Shown: positions 9,324 through 19,786, numbered from the stretch's first letter. The stretch is 64,000 nucleotides of DNA from an uncultured candidate division Zixibacteria bacterium (GCA_963664195.1 OY760907.1:3136001-3200000); one strand, 5' to 3'. Notes: generated by a model from the sequence alone, not told the origin. Made by a program: numbers and translations.

Positions 9324-10638
9324 TGCGATAGGTGTTGCAATCTATTTGCTGAGCACCTGGTACATTATGTGGAGGCACAAAATGTATCTGGTGTTTTTCA
9401 TCCTACAGGCGTTTGCGTTTTCGTGGGGGCTCGTTTCCTGTTTTTACAATGATCTCGGAATCTACAACCTGGAGTTGTTCAGGTACACGCATACCAGCAT
9501 AGCTACTTTCCGGCTGGCAATGTTTGGCACGGCACTGAATCTGGGCTTCCTTGCTGTGGCGGCGCTGATCGGACGCCGACGTCTGGCGAGACAGGACTAT
9601 CGCATTTCCCGAGACACCTTCCATTTTGGCAATCTGAAGATGTCGGCGTACATTGCGTTGGGGCTGGTTCTCGTCTATTTTGTCTTCGTGTTTGCGACCG
9701 AGGGTGTTCCACTTGTTTCAGGTCTGGGACGACACGTTTTTATGGAGAGTGCCAACCCCTTTGAGCGCATCCTCATCATCTACGGGGCGCTGGCGGCCTT
9801 TCTTCTCGGGTACTATCGTATCAAGCGCGGTCGGTACTCCGTCAACGGCATTCTGATGGCTCTGTTTATCTTGTTTGCAATTCTCATCGGTAACAAGTTC
9901 AGCTTTTTGATTCTAATCGCATCGTATTACTTCGCATCGATCTACGCGAGATACCATTCTAGCACACCCGGGCTCACGATTTTCAGTAGGCGCAAGATCA
10001 CTGCTTATGCTGGTGTGTTCGTTGCAGTCATCGCGCTGGTTTTTGCCAGTTACGCTAACACTAAGGGAGACACCCGGGCTGCATTCACATACATGTACAA
10101 CCGTGTGCTCGCCTTCCAGGGGCAACTCTGGTGGGCCGTCGACAATGACGTGCAGAACAGTGGGCGGTATGACCGGGACCACTGGAAGACTGAGTTCGAT
10201 GTCCTGGTCGACCCCGGTAATCCTGAGAACGGCGAGGTCGGGCTCAGGTATATCATGGTGAAGGTTCTCGGACCGGACAAAGCTTATCCGATTATCGACA
10301 ATGGGTATTTGTACACCGGTGCAAGCCCGGCTATTCTGATTGCCACGTTTCCTTATGCTATTGCGCTCTCAATCCAGTTTTGTGCCGGCATGATACTCGC
10401 GTTGATGCTTTTCTATTTCTACTACACGATTGTCTATCGCCACTCTATTCGCGCGATTATCATGGTAGTTGTGTTGTTGCCTTTCATGACGGCCCTGGGT
10501 AGCGGCAATCTGGCAGTGTTTGTGACTTTCGGTATGGTTGTCAAGATCGGCATATTGATCCTGTTGGAGCTTGGTCTGGTGCGAACCGGTGTTGTTAGGG
10601 GCGAGGATTCCCAGATGCGTGCGGTGTCCCATGACTGA
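9310..10638 (+). CDS. wzy: Putative Wzy polymerase (polytopic membrane protein)
   Basis: About 11 TM segments, GNKFS motif and a periplasmic loop (RVLAFQGQLWW); locus also has wzx and wzz. Confidence 0.65.
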   Translation: MILINAIGVAIYLLSTWYIMWRHKMYLVFFILQAFAFSWGLVSCFYNDLGIYNLELFRYTHTSIATFRLAMFGTALNLGFLAVAALIGRRRLARQDYRISRDTFHFGNLKMSAYIALGLVLVYFVFVFATEGVPLVSGLGRHVFMESANPFERILIIYGALAAFLLGYYRIKRGRYSVNGILMALFILFAILIGNKFSFLILIASYYFASIYARYHSSTPGLTIFSRRKITAYAGVFVAVIALVFASYANTKGDTRAAFTYMYNRVLAFQGQLWWAVDNDVQNSGRYDRDHWKTEFDVLVDPGNPENGEVGLRYIMVKVLGPDKAYPIIDNGYLYTGASPAILIATFPYAIALSIQFCAGMILALMLFYFYYTIVYRHSIRAIIMVVVLLPFMTALGSGNLAVFVTFGMVVKIGILILLELGLVRTGVVRGEDSQMRAVSHD

Positions 10639-11758
10639 CAGATTGGTGATTAATGCCACGATCCTCAACAACCCCGACATGATTGGGCTGGGGGTTTACG
10701 CCCACAACATCCTTCGGCACCTGTTGCCTCTTCTGCTTGAGACAAAAGAGGTGAAGAGCATCGTGCTACTCGGTGACGCGCACCGCATGAAGAGCTTGTT
10801 TCCCGAGGACTGCAGGAGTGAACGAGTAGAAATTCGCCACATTTCCACGACCAACCCGATAGTTAGATTGATTTCACTGCACAGGGCAGTGAAGAAACTG
10901 CGAAGCGAAAACGACTTGCTGTTTTATTCTCCTGCCCATCACGGTGTCTCAGTTAAAGGAGTGAAGCAGATAGTTACGATACTGGACGTGTTTCCGTTAC
11001 TGTTCCCCACCAACTATCGTCAGCAGTACTACTACTTCAAGTATATTCTCCCGCGTACATTGAGTCGGACAGCCACCGTTGTCACTAGTTCCGCATCCAG
11101 CGCTCGCGATATTGCCGAGTTGTATACCGCTCAATGCAAGTGTGTGACGATTCCGTGTGGGCTGCGCGACGAGTTTTTGCGAGTGACGCCGGGCGAGATT
11201 CCGGGATTGGCAGGTCGGAAATTCTTCTTGTTTGTGGGGCCTAGCCTGCCGCACAAGAACTGTGAGCGCCTCATCGATGCCTTTGTCCGGTTCTCGGCGG
11301 AGAACACGGGCGACGATTATGCACTCGTTTTTGGCGGCGGAAAGGAACCTTACCTGGGCCGTGTGAAGGCGCACGCAGCGGCGGTTGGTGGCGATCTGAG
11401 CAAGCGAATACTGTTTACGGGCCACATCGTGGATGAGGAGCTTGCCTGGCTTTACGTTAGGGCACAGGCACTCATGATCACAACCCTGTATGAGGGATTC
11501 GGTCTACCGGCTCTGGAGGCAATGCATTTTGGGTGTCCGGTTGTCGCATCCGATCGGGGCTCACTGCCCGAAGTGTGTGGCTCTGCGGCGCTTTTTGTAA
11601 ATCCGGAGGAAGTGATTGAAATTTCTCTGGCAATGCGCCGGATTAGTCGCGATCATACACTCAGGCACAATCTTCAGAAACTGGGGCGAGAGAATCTCAA
11701 GAGGTTCAGTTGGGACATAGCAGCCCGAGAAGTGTGCGAAGTACTCCTGCGACAGTAA
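10631..11758 (+). CDS. GT4 glycosyltransferase
   Basis: PHKN and YEGFGLPALEAM..GCPV motifs. Confidence 0.9.
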   Translation: MTDRLVINATILNNPDMIGLGVYAHNILRHLLPLLLETKEVKSIVLLGDAHRMKSLFPEDCRSERVEIRHISTTNPIVRLISLHRAVKKLRSENDLLFYSPAHHGVSVKGVKQIVTILDVFPLLFPTNYRQQYYYFKYILPRTLSRTATVVTSSASSARDIAELYTAQCKCVTIPCGLRDEFLRVTPGEIPGLAGRKFFLFVGPSLPHKNCERLIDAFVRFSAENTGDDYALVFGGGKEPYLGRVKAHAAAVGGDLSKRILFTGHIVDEELAWLYVRAQALMITTLYEGFGLPALEAMHFGCPVVASDRGSLPEVCGSAALFVNPEEVIEISLAMRRISRDHTLRHNLQKLGRENLKRFSWDIAAREVCEVLLRQ

Positions 11759-11965
11759 AACGCGTTGTCAGGTGAATTGACTGCAACGAAATGTGGATTT
11801 CGTGCGTTTCATATTGCAACACCTGTGTGGAAAAATCTGCGGCTGATTTGCGGAAGTTCTTTCCCATGTGGCGCGAGACCCCTGGTTCCGCGGTCGCACA
11901 ATAACCGGCTTTATGTGCAGGGTAGACCGTGCCTAGACTATTATGAGGCATCGTCGAAACGGTTC

Positions 11966-11981
11966 TGGCATGCATTTTGTA
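11966..11981 (+). promoter_or_regulatory. Candidate sigma54 promoter upstream of wzz
   Basis: TGGCATGCATTTTGTA: -24 GG with correct spacing, but the -12 element reads TTGT instead of TTGC. Confidence 0.4.
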
Positions 11982-12020
11982 TATAGATTAATGAATTGGA
12001 GGTAAGTCATACATAAGCCT

Positions 12021-13151
12021 ATGGAAAAAAGACTGACGATTCACAAGACGCATGCCGAAAACGCTTCTGACAATTCGTCAGGAGGGGCCGGTAACCAATT
12101 CGAGATCAATCCGCTGGCGCTCATGCGTCGCGTAATAGAAAAACGCCGCCTGATTGTGGCCATTTGCAGCCTGGTGGTCCTTGCTACTGCGGGCTATATG
12201 CTGCTCCAGCCCAATCTCTATACGTCTCGCTCAACTATTCTGCCGTCTGGACAGGGAGATAACTTTTCCTCGTTAAAGGCTATGGTTGGCCTCACGGGGG
12301 CAATCGGCGGCCAGGTTGACGACAATTCCTCGACTCTGTTTCCGGTCATACTGAAATCCGACCTTGTTCGGAGCGGTGTGCTTGCGAAGCAGTACGACTT
12401 CACAGTCGATGGCGAGCAAATGAGCCAGACGCTGTCGGAGTATTTTGGTCTTGATGATCCAGACAGGCTTCGAGATGCCCTGGCCGGGATAACGAAGGTA
12501 GACACGGACTCTCGCACAGGGGAGATCGCGGTATTGGTGGAAACGCAGTATCCGTCTCTCTCTCAGGCGATCTTGCGTGAGTACATCAGCCAGTTAGAGG
12601 CCTACAATCTCAACAAGCGGCGTTCCGGTGCCAAGAACAACGAAATGTATCTCGCCCGCCAGATGGAGAGCGCCGGGAGTGCGCTCGAAGCGGCCGAGGA
12701 CTCTCTGGAGGCATTCAGACTAAGAAACGCAGCCTGGGCCGAGTTTGCCTCACCTCAGGTGATGAAACTGCACACCCGGCTCCAGCGCGAAGTGGAGCTT
12801 CGATCACGGGCATATCTGTTGCTCCAGGAGCAGTTTGAACTGGCCAAATTCGAGGCACAGAAAGACGTGCCGATCGTGAGGATACTTGACCAGCCGACAC
12901 TCCCGACTCAGAAATCGGGACCGTTTCGTAGAAATATAGTCATATTGTCCGCCATACTATCTTTTGGGCTCATGGTGTTTGGCATCATGATTGCCGATTT
13001 GATCAGTCAAGCGATCAGAGGCGCCAACCAGACTACGTACGACGAGTTGAAGGATGACGTGCAGAAGGCTTTTCCACGCACTACCCACATTGTCGAGAGG
13101 GCTCACAAGCGGGTAAGCCGGCGACGAGAGATGGCATCTGTAGACAGATAA
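12021..13151 (+). CDS. wzz: Wzz/GNVR polysaccharide chain-length determinant
   Basis: Two TM helices flanking a coiled coil; P..KSGP.R motif before the second TM. Confidence 0.85.
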   Translation: MEKRLTIHKTHAENASDNSSGGAGNQFEINPLALMRRVIEKRRLIVAICSLVVLATAGYMLLQPNLYTSRSTILPSGQGDNFSSLKAMVGLTGAIGGQVDDNSSTLFPVILKSDLVRSGVLAKQYDFTVDGEQMSQTLSEYFGLDDPDRLRDALAGITKVDTDSRTGEIAVLVETQYPSLSQAILREYISQLEAYNLNKRRSGAKNNEMYLARQMESAGSALEAAEDSLEAFRLRNAAWAEFASPQVMKLHTRLQREVELRSRAYLLLQEQFELAKFEAQKDVPIVRILDQPTLPTQKSGPFRRNIVILSAILSFGLMVFGIMIADLISQAIRGANQTTYDELKDDVQKAFPRTTHIVERAHKRVSRRREMASVDR

Positions 13152-13301
13152 CTGGCACAATCGACAAGATTACACTATATTTGTGGAAACGGTTGTCTTC
13201 GAGGCAACCGCCACGGATAGGGCGGAGAGCGTGACAGCGGTCAGGCTGATTCGTGAACCGGATGTCGTCCGGGAAACCACAATGAAGGGGCATTGGCAGG
13301 A

Positions 13302-14534
13302 ATGCGGTCACCGACGTTTGACATCAACTCACTGAAGATCGCTATAGTACATGACTGGCTGGTCGGCTACGCAGGCGGTGAGATGGTCACCGAACAGATA
13401 TTGCATATGTTTCCCCGGGCCGACCTGTTTTCTCTCGTCGATTTTGTCCCCGAGCACAATCGTGGTATTCTGGTGGGCAGAACTCCAAGGACTTCGTTCA
13501 TTCAGAAACTTCCTTTTGCCCGGACCAGGTATCGGACGTACCTGCCGTTTATGCCGTATGCTACGGAACAGTTTGATCTTTCGAATTACGATCTGATAAT
13601 CTCTTCAAACCTCGCGGTCACACACGGCGTACTGACCAGTGCTGAACAACTCCATCTGTGCTATTTCAACAACACGATGATTTATGCATGGGATCTCTAT
13701 CAGCATTATCTCAAAGTGGGCGGGCTGACGAGAGGTCTCCGAAGTCTGGTCGCCAAAGCCATCATGCACTACATTCGCATCTGGGATACCTCGACGGCTC
13801 ACCGGGCAGACAGGTTCATTGCGAATTCGGCATACATGGGCCGCCGCCTTATGAAACAGTACGGTCGTGAGTCGACGGTGATATTTCCTCCGGTCGATGT
13901 CGAGCGCTTTGCGCTTCATCCGAACAAAGAGGAGTACTATGTCGTTGTGGCCCGTCTCGTCCCGTTCAAACGCATAGATATCGTCGTGGAAGCCTTCAAG
14001 AGAATGCCTGATCGCAAGCTGATAATCGTCGGGGGAGGACCTGATCTTGAAAAGCTGTCACAGGGAGCCAAGGGCAATATCGAATTCGTGGGACAGGTGA
14101 ACCTGGACAGGGTCAATGAGTACGTGAAATGCGCCCGGGCGCTCATACAGCCCTCAGTGGAACCGTTTGGAATTTCAGTGATTGAAGCTCAAGCTACCGG
14201 CACACCGATTATTGCCTACCGAGGGGCAGCATCACCGGAGATTGTCAAAGAAGGCAAGACCGGCGTGTTTTTTGAGAGGCGCGAGGCGGGGGCTCTGGTG
14301 AAAGCGGTGCAGGAGTTTGAAGAGATTGAGGCAGATTTCGATCCGCTGGTTCTGCGAGCACATGCCGCGGAATTCTCCACTGAAAAGTTTAGAGAACGGT
14401 TCCTGGGATTTGTGAAGTCAGAAGCGGAGCAGCACTTTTGCCGTGACTACGAGGCAAGCGAAGCAGAATCGCTGCAGGTGAAACGGCGATGGGATTCGCC
14501 GGAGCTGACAGTAGAGGATGACGGTCGTGAATAG
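13302..14534 (+). CDS. GT4 glycosyltransferase (WbaZ-like)
   Basis: IVHDWL...GGE, RLVPFKRID and EPFGI..IEAQATG motifs. Confidence 0.9.
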   Translation: MRSPTFDINSLKIAIVHDWLVGYAGGEMVTEQILHMFPRADLFSLVDFVPEHNRGILVGRTPRTSFIQKLPFARTRYRTYLPFMPYATEQFDLSNYDLIISSNLAVTHGVLTSAEQLHLCYFNNTMIYAWDLYQHYLKVGGLTRGLRSLVAKAIMHYIRIWDTSTAHRADRFIANSAYMGRRLMKQYGRESTVIFPPVDVERFALHPNKEEYYVVVARLVPFKRIDIVVEAFKRMPDRKLIIVGGGPDLEKLSQGAKGNIEFVGQVNLDRVNEYVKCARALIQPSVEPFGISVIEAQATGTPIIAYRGAASPEIVKEGKTGVFFERREAGALVKAVQEFEEIEADFDPLVLRAHAAEFSTEKFRERFLGFVKSEAEQHFCRDYEASEAESLQVKRRWDSPELTVEDDGRE

Positions 14535-15633
14535 CAATCAGACACAGACGAGTTGCGTGATATTCGGGGGGGCGGGATTCATCGGGACTCACCTTGCACA
14601 GCACTTTCTGAACAGCGGGCGGTTCACGCATGTCCATATTGCGGACATTCGGTCAAGTACGCTTGAGGGGCTGTCTGGAATCACGTATTCCCGCACTGAT
14701 GTGCGCAAGCCAATTCCTGCCGATCTGATCGACAGCCCACCTCGGTGGATATTCAACCTGGCAGCCGTTCACCGTGAGCCGGGACATGAAGCGTATGAGT
14801 ATTTTGAGACGAATCTTGCCGGAGCGCGGAACGTATGTGAGTATGCCGAGGCAACCGACTGTCCAAATATCTACTTCACAAGCTCTATTTCAGTGTACGG
14901 TCCGACTGACGGTCCGACCTCTGAGGAGTCGCCGATCAAACCGTCGACTCCATATGGTGGTTCCAAATTTCCCGCTGAACTGATCCACGAAGCCTGGCGA
15001 CGTTCTGGGCAGGGAAGACGGTTATTGATTTCGAGACCCGGCGTGGTCTACGGTCCCGGTGACCCGGGCAACATCATGCGGATGATCAAGGCAATTCGCA
15101 AAGGGTACTTCGCGTTTCCGGGGAAACCGTCGATATTTAAGTCCTATGCGTACATCTACGGATTTGCGGACAGCGTGGATTTCCTGATGGATCGCTCGGA
15201 TCCGCAGGTGGTATACAACTACGTCGAGTCACCAACCCAGCCGCTAAATGAGCTTGTCTCAGGTATCAAGGGGTTTTTCAACTGCAAGGCGTTTGTGATT
15301 CCGATCCCGTTATGGATGCTGCTGCCCGTGGCGAAGCTCGTTCAGGCGCTTTTTGGATCGAGGAATCCCGTGCACCCGGTACGCGTTCGCAAGGCCGCAA
15401 CGCCGACGCACATTATCCCTGGGACGCTTGAGAAGATGGAATTCGACTTCAAGTACGATTTCCTCTCGTCCCTGAAACACTGGCTGAAGGTTTCTCCAGA
15501 GGATTTCGGGCAAGAGGCACCGGAGAATTCGGCTCAAGGGAAGCTCAGGTTGGTGAAGAAGAACCACGGTCTTGAGCCTGTTGAGACGTCCACTACCGTC
15601 AACGCCGAGTCTGAGTCTGTTCGGGCCGAGTAG
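14518..15633 (+). CDS. NAD-dependent epimerase/dehydratase (extended SDR)
   Basis: GGAGFIG, NLAA, TSSISVYG and YGGSK (YxxxK). Confidence 0.9.
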   Translation: MTVVNSNQTQTSCVIFGGAGFIGTHLAQHFLNSGRFTHVHIADIRSSTLEGLSGITYSRTDVRKPIPADLIDSPPRWIFNLAAVHREPGHEAYEYFETNLAGARNVCEYAEATDCPNIYFTSSISVYGPTDGPTSEESPIKPSTPYGGSKFPAELIHEAWRRSGQGRRLLISRPGVVYGPGDPGNIMRMIKAIRKGYFAFPGKPSIFKSYAYIYGFADSVDFLMDRSDPQVVYNYVESPTQPLNELVSGIKGFFNCKAFVIPIPLWMLLPVAKLVQALFGSRNPVHPVRVRKAATPTHIIPGTLEKMEFDFKYDFLSSLKHWLKVSPEDFGQEAPENSAQGKLRLVKKNHGLEPVETSTTVNAESESVRAE

Positions 15634-15723
15634 TCTGTTCGACTCAGGCCCTGTCGAAGATGGCCCAACCCCAATGTGTCTGGAAAAGTCCGCTGAGATT
15701 TGCGGTAATCTGCTTTTTTTGGA

Positions 15724-15751
15724 TTGATTTTTCGGATTTTGAACGTATATT
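15724..15751 (+). promoter_or_regulatory. Candidate sigma70 promoter for tRNA-Tyr
   Basis: TTGATT-N16-TATATT, about 57 nt upstream of the tRNA. Confidence 0.45.
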
Positions 15752-15808
15752 GTGCCTCCTTATCAAAGGCTCGGGTGTCGATAGCATTCGGGTTCGATGA
15801 ACGAAGTT

Positions 15809-15893
15809 GGTGGGGTTCCCGAGTGGTCAAAGGGAACAGACTGTAAATCTGTCGGCGACGCCTTCGAAGGTTCAAATCCTTCCCCCACCACCA
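15809..15893 (+). tRNA. tRNA-Tyr (GTA)
   Basis: Acceptor stem GGTGGGG/CCCCACC, anticodon arm ACAGA-CTGTAAA-TCTGT, long variable arm, GGTTCAAATCC T-arm and encoded CCA. Confidence 0.97.
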
Positions 15894-16030
15894 TTTTTAC
15901 CTCAACCGTATCTTTGCGACGCTCTGAGACTGTTTCATTTGAAACAAATGCCTGCTGGGCGGCGTATTGTCAGGTTGATGTTTCCGAAGATAAGGTTGAC
16001 TCTGCATGCTGACGTTGTGGACAGGACACC

Positions 16031-17413
16031 ATGGTAGACACGGCTGAAAAGACACCTAAGACTCCTACAGATTTTACTGAGGGATCGATAATCAGGTCAA
16101 TTCTGAAGATGGGATTGCCCTCGATGTTCGGCTTTCTGGCGCAACACATCTACGCCATGGCTGACATGTTCTGGGTGGCGCGTCTTCCGCAGGCCGAGGC
16201 CGGAGTGGCTGCAATAACGTTCTTCAACAACCTTCTGTGGATTCTCTTTTCGTTTAATTCGCTGGTAGGGAGCGGATCCGTGGCGGTCATCTCGCGACGG
16301 TACGGCGAAAAGCTGTATGATGAGACAGAGAAGTCCATAAAAGAGACGATTTTCCTGAAGCTGTTTTTTGGTACGCTGCTCGGTGTCGCCGGATGGTTTG
16401 CGCTGCCGTACATGCTTCCGCTGCTCGGCGCCAAGGGAGACGCGCTGGAAATGGGTATCGGCTACGGTCGGATTCTGCTCTTCGGCATGCCGATCATGTA
16501 CGCCGCCTATTCGATCTTCACCGCTCTGCGGGGAATAGCCAACCCGGCGCTCGCTATGGGCCTGATGGTCGCGTCGAACATCCTAAATGCAGTCATGGAC
16601 CCGTTGTTCATTTTCGGTTGGCTCGGGATGCCGGAGTGCGGAATCAACGGCGCGGCCTATGCTTCTGTGCTAAGCTATTCGCTGACCTTCATCGTGGGAA
16701 TGGCGCTCTTCAGGACGAATTGGGTGAATGTCAAGTTGCACCTGGTCGGCAAGGCGTCGATGACGTTGAAATCCATGTGGCAGATCGTCAGAATAGGTGT
16801 GCCCTCATGGGCGGCGGACCTCTCGTTCTCCGGCTCACGGATGTTGATAACTCCTATGATTGCCGGGTTCGGCACCGCTGTCGTGGCGGCCTATGGCGTA
16901 GGCATGCAGCTCTTTGCCTTCGGAATTATGATCCTGGTAGGAATGGGATTGGGATTGTCGTCGTTGATCGGCCACAACGTGGGCGGCAAGAAGCTGGAGC
17001 GGGCCAAGAAAACGGGCGATCAGTCGATTCTGCTCGGAATAAGCGTGATGAGCGTTATTGCCGTGCTGACGTTTTTCTTTGCCGAGTTCTACATGGGGTT
17101 GTTCTTCGATAACCCTCAGACTGTTGCCCACGGTGTTGAACTGTTGCGAATCGGAGCCGTTGTGATGCCGTTCTTTGGCATCTTCATTATGGTCGAGCAA
17201 ATTCATGTCGGCGTTGGCCTGAACACCCCGATGATGGTGATCGTCACAATCCACTCATGGGGATTCCAGGTATTGCCGGCATTAGTCGTGACACAGGTCT
17301 TAGGCATGAATCAGACGGCTGTCTGGTGGGTATTGACGTTCGCCGGGATCGGCAGTTCAATACTGTTCTGGCTGTATTATCGTCGCGGTAAGTGGCTTAC
17401 AGTTAGGCTGTAA
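16031..17413 (+). CDS. MATE family efflux transporter
   Basis: 12-TM pattern; D..WV, RG.ANP, N..MDP.FIFG and GINGAA motifs. Confidence 0.92.
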   Translation: MVDTAEKTPKTPTDFTEGSIIRSILKMGLPSMFGFLAQHIYAMADMFWVARLPQAEAGVAAITFFNNLLWILFSFNSLVGSGSVAVISRRYGEKLYDETEKSIKETIFLKLFFGTLLGVAGWFALPYMLPLLGAKGDALEMGIGYGRILLFGMPIMYAAYSIFTALRGIANPALAMGLMVASNILNAVMDPLFIFGWLGMPECGINGAAYASVLSYSLTFIVGMALFRTNWVNVKLHLVGKASMTLKSMWQIVRIGVPSWAADLSFSGSRMLITPMIAGFGTAVVAAYGVGMQLFAFGIMILVGMGLGLSSLIGHNVGGKKLERAKKTGDQSILLGISVMSVIAVLTFFFAEFYMGLFFDNPQTVAHGVELLRIGAVVMPFFGIFIMVEQIHVGVGLNTPMMVIVTIHSWGFQVLPALVVTQVLGMNQTAVWWVLTFAGIGSSILFWLYYRRGKWLTVRL

Positions 17414-17468
17414 CGGGCGTCTAATGAAGTGCAGCATCACATGTGACACTTCGTATCTTCTGCACTAC

Positions 17469-17996
17469 TTACCATTTCCGAGGGGGGCGCATTCTCATGA
17501 ACAGGTTGACCTTGGGGTTCAGCAGCACCGCCGCCATCTGGGCCCGAAGGGCTCTTTCGACCAATTCCTCGGTATCTGCTTCGTCCGGTTTCTCCGTTAC
17601 GAGTATGCCGAAACAGGAGAGAGCCTGACCTGAATAGCAGGCCGCCTCGCACTTTTCACGATCTCCGGTGGGGAGCAGTTTCAATGCTTGTTCGAAATCC
17701 GCGAGGGCTTCGGGGTAACGGTCGTCTCTGAGGTGTTTGAAGGCCTCTTCAGCGATCTCTGCGAACTGGTTGTCGGTAGGCAACAGTCTGGGTGTCCAGT
17801 ACTCGAGGCACATGAGGGCGGCCTGCATGCATTCGCCCCAGTTTTCGATCAGGGTCGTCTCGCGGGCAATTTCAGGGTGAGCGTAAAAGGCCTCGACAAA
17901 CGCCTTCAAGGCGCCTGACCAGTTCTCATCCTGATCGAGCAACTTGTGCCCTTTTTTGAATAACTCTGCGGCTTCGGTTTCTTTGGTCTTTGGCAT
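17469..17996 (-). CDS. TPR-like helical hypothetical protein
   Basis: AGGAGG RBS; TPR-like helices (YPEALADFEQALKLLP). Confidence 0.65.
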   Translation of the reverse strand: MPKTKETEAAELFKKGHKLLDQDENWSGALKAFVEAFYAHPEIARETTLIENWGECMQAALMCLEYWTPRLLPTDNQFAEIAEEAFKHLRDDRYPEALADFEQALKLLPTGDREKCEAACYSGQALSCFGILVTEKPDEADTEELVERALRAQMAAVLLNPKVNLFMRMRPPRKW

Positions 17997-18236
17997 AAAA
18001 CCTCCTGACAGCTTGTCAATTCTCTAATACTGTCATCGACCGTAGTGCCCGTTTTGTGAAGTTACGAGCGGAAGAACGGTAAACGCAAGACGAATTACTT
18101 GTTCAGAAAGTGATACCAAACAAGAGAGACCAATCAACTTGTGCTTGACAGACTCAGATCGCCGGCTCAAATTGCGCGGTATCATCAAAACAGGCATTAT
18201 CTGAGAAAAACAAGGGTACTTATCAAGGAGTGTAAG

Positions 18237-18713
18237 ATGAGAACAGCTGCCTTATGCATTATGGTATTGGCGTTTATGTGCGCCGCGACAGTATCAGCCG
18301 GGGACGGACCGGCCTGGTTTGACATGGAAAAATGCGGGTTTTGCAAGCACCTGATGGAAGACGCGGAGTTGCTGGACCATTGCATTTGGGAACATCACAA
18401 GATCGATAACGGAATGGTGTCAGTGACAACCGTCGACAAGGAATATCTGCCGTCTTTCCGCACTGCTATGAAGAAGATGGAAGAAACCGGCAAGAAAATG
18501 GAAACAGGCGAAATGGTTCCCATGTGCGGTATGTGCACGAGCATGGGCGCCCTTATGATGAAAGGTGCCAAGTTTGATGCCATAGAAACGAAAGTTGGCT
18601 CAGTGTTGATCCTCACCGGAACTACGCCGGAGCTGGTCGCCGAAATCCACGGCATCTGCGACAAGAATAACGAAGAGTTGAAGAAGCTCGAGGCCAAGGG
18701 CATGCACGAGTAG
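18237..18713 (+). CDS. Secreted Cys/Met/His-rich hypothetical protein
   Basis: AAGGAG RBS, signal peptide, CGFCKH and CGMC motifs, followed by a terminator hairpin. Confidence 0.75.
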   Translation: MRTAALCIMVLAFMCAATVSAGDGPAWFDMEKCGFCKHLMEDAELLDHCIWEHHKIDNGMVSVTTVDKEYLPSFRTAMKKMEETGKKMETGEMVPMCGMCTSMGALMMKGAKFDAIETKVGSVLILTGTTPELVAEIHGICDKNNEELKKLEAKGMHE

Positions 18714-18735
18714 CCCAGCTAGTTTCGAATGAATC

Positions 18736-18784
18736 AAAGCCCGGTGGATCTTTGACTGAGACGGACCGCCGGGCTTTCGTTTGT
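18736..18784 (+). terminator. Intrinsic terminator
   Basis: Stem AAAGCCCGGTGG...CCGCCGGGCTTT followed by a T-rich tract, between convergent genes. Confidence 0.6.
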
Positions 18785-18860
18785 TACAGGGGGAGACTGA
18801 AGTGTCTGGGATAAGTCGGGTGCCACCCTCAGAGCCTCCTTGAGGGTGCGAGTCTCTAGC

Positions 18861-19574
18861 TTACGTAATCAGCTTTCGCCGAATCAACTTCTTGAACTCC
18901 TTCTCCGATAACTCTTCCTGTCGACGTTCCAAAACGTGCAGTCTGAAGTATCTGCGGACCACATCTGCGCCGGTGTCTAATTCTGTGCGGTAATATACCC
19001 ATTCCTGTCCGCGGTAGAGCCGAATTGGTCCCTCGTAGACGTTATCCGGCGTGTAGACGGAATCGCATTCGCCGATCTGCTTCCGTTCGAGAAAAAGCTG
19101 TGCGCCGGGCGTCACGGCGATTCGCACCCAGGTCGATATGAGGCCTTCGTTGCCGAGCGCAGAGTAGGAGGCGTAGACGGTGCCGAATTCAAGACCGAGA
19201 GTGACGTCATTCTCCCGAAGTTGCAGCAGTGACTGATGCACCTCTTCGATTTCCTTGAGCGTGACCGGCTTGTCGAACACCAAGATGATATTGGAGTGGT
19301 CGCAGACTACGTAGGAGCCGACCGGACGGCAGTTGTCAATAATCATAGCCGAGGTGTCGATGGTGATGTCATGGCTCTCGAAATGGTGTCGAATCCGCTC
19401 CCATTGGTTGCCGTACTCGTTGTCCTCGTGGTTGATGGCGTTGATGTTGACCACGAACTCATCGACGACGAGTTTACGCCCCTTGTTGAAATGGGTGCAA
19501 CCTGCAGCACAGACAACGGCGATGGCTGCTGTGAGGAGCAGTACGGACAGGCGTGAATATCTTCGGACGGACAT
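18861..19574 (-). CDS. Hypothetical lipoprotein
   Basis: Basic N-terminus, hydrophobic stretch and lipobox AAGC. Confidence 0.7.
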   Translation of the reverse strand: MSVRRYSRLSVLLLTAAIAVVCAAGCTHFNKGRKLVVDEFVVNINAINHEDNEYGNQWERIRHHFESHDITIDTSAMIIDNCRPVGSYVVCDHSNIILVFDKPVTLKEIEEVHQSLLQLRENDVTLGLEFGTVYASYSALGNEGLISTWVRIAVTPGAQLFLERKQIGECDSVYTPDNVYEGPIRLYRGQEWVYYRTELDTGADVVRRYFRLHVLERRQEELSEKEFKKLIRRKLIT

Positions 19575-19681
19575 AAGTATCCCTTCTGATTGCGACGCGC
19601 GCAAAACGCATCAGATACCCGAAAGATATCCGCTTGCGAGAGAATCGGTCAACTAAAAGCACTGATGCGATTACTAATAGA

Positions 19682-19710
19682 TTGACTTGGTTGGTGCGAT
19701 GCAGTATCTT
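19682..19710 (+). promoter_or_regulatory. sigma70-like promoter of the small ORF/ATPase pair
   Basis: TTGACT-N17-TATCTT. Confidence 0.55.
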
Positions 19711-19786
19711 GGTCCAACTGTCTATTTTGTAATGTCGGGGGATAGGCACATTCCCGCAGTGCCCATACCTTGAGGGAGTCATCGAT

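Noticed and set aside
13153..13168. TGGCACAATCGACAAG as a sigma54 promoter
   Set aside because: The -12 element is missing.
15809..15893. tRNA-Tyr as an integration site for the downstream accessory genes
   Set aside because: I found no duplicate of the tRNA 3' end and no integrase in the window.
19700..19707. TGCAGTAT half-site of the SOS box on the ATPase -10 element, and GCAGTATGTAG at 30567..30577
   Set aside because: No matching left arm at the N10 spacing; likely chance.
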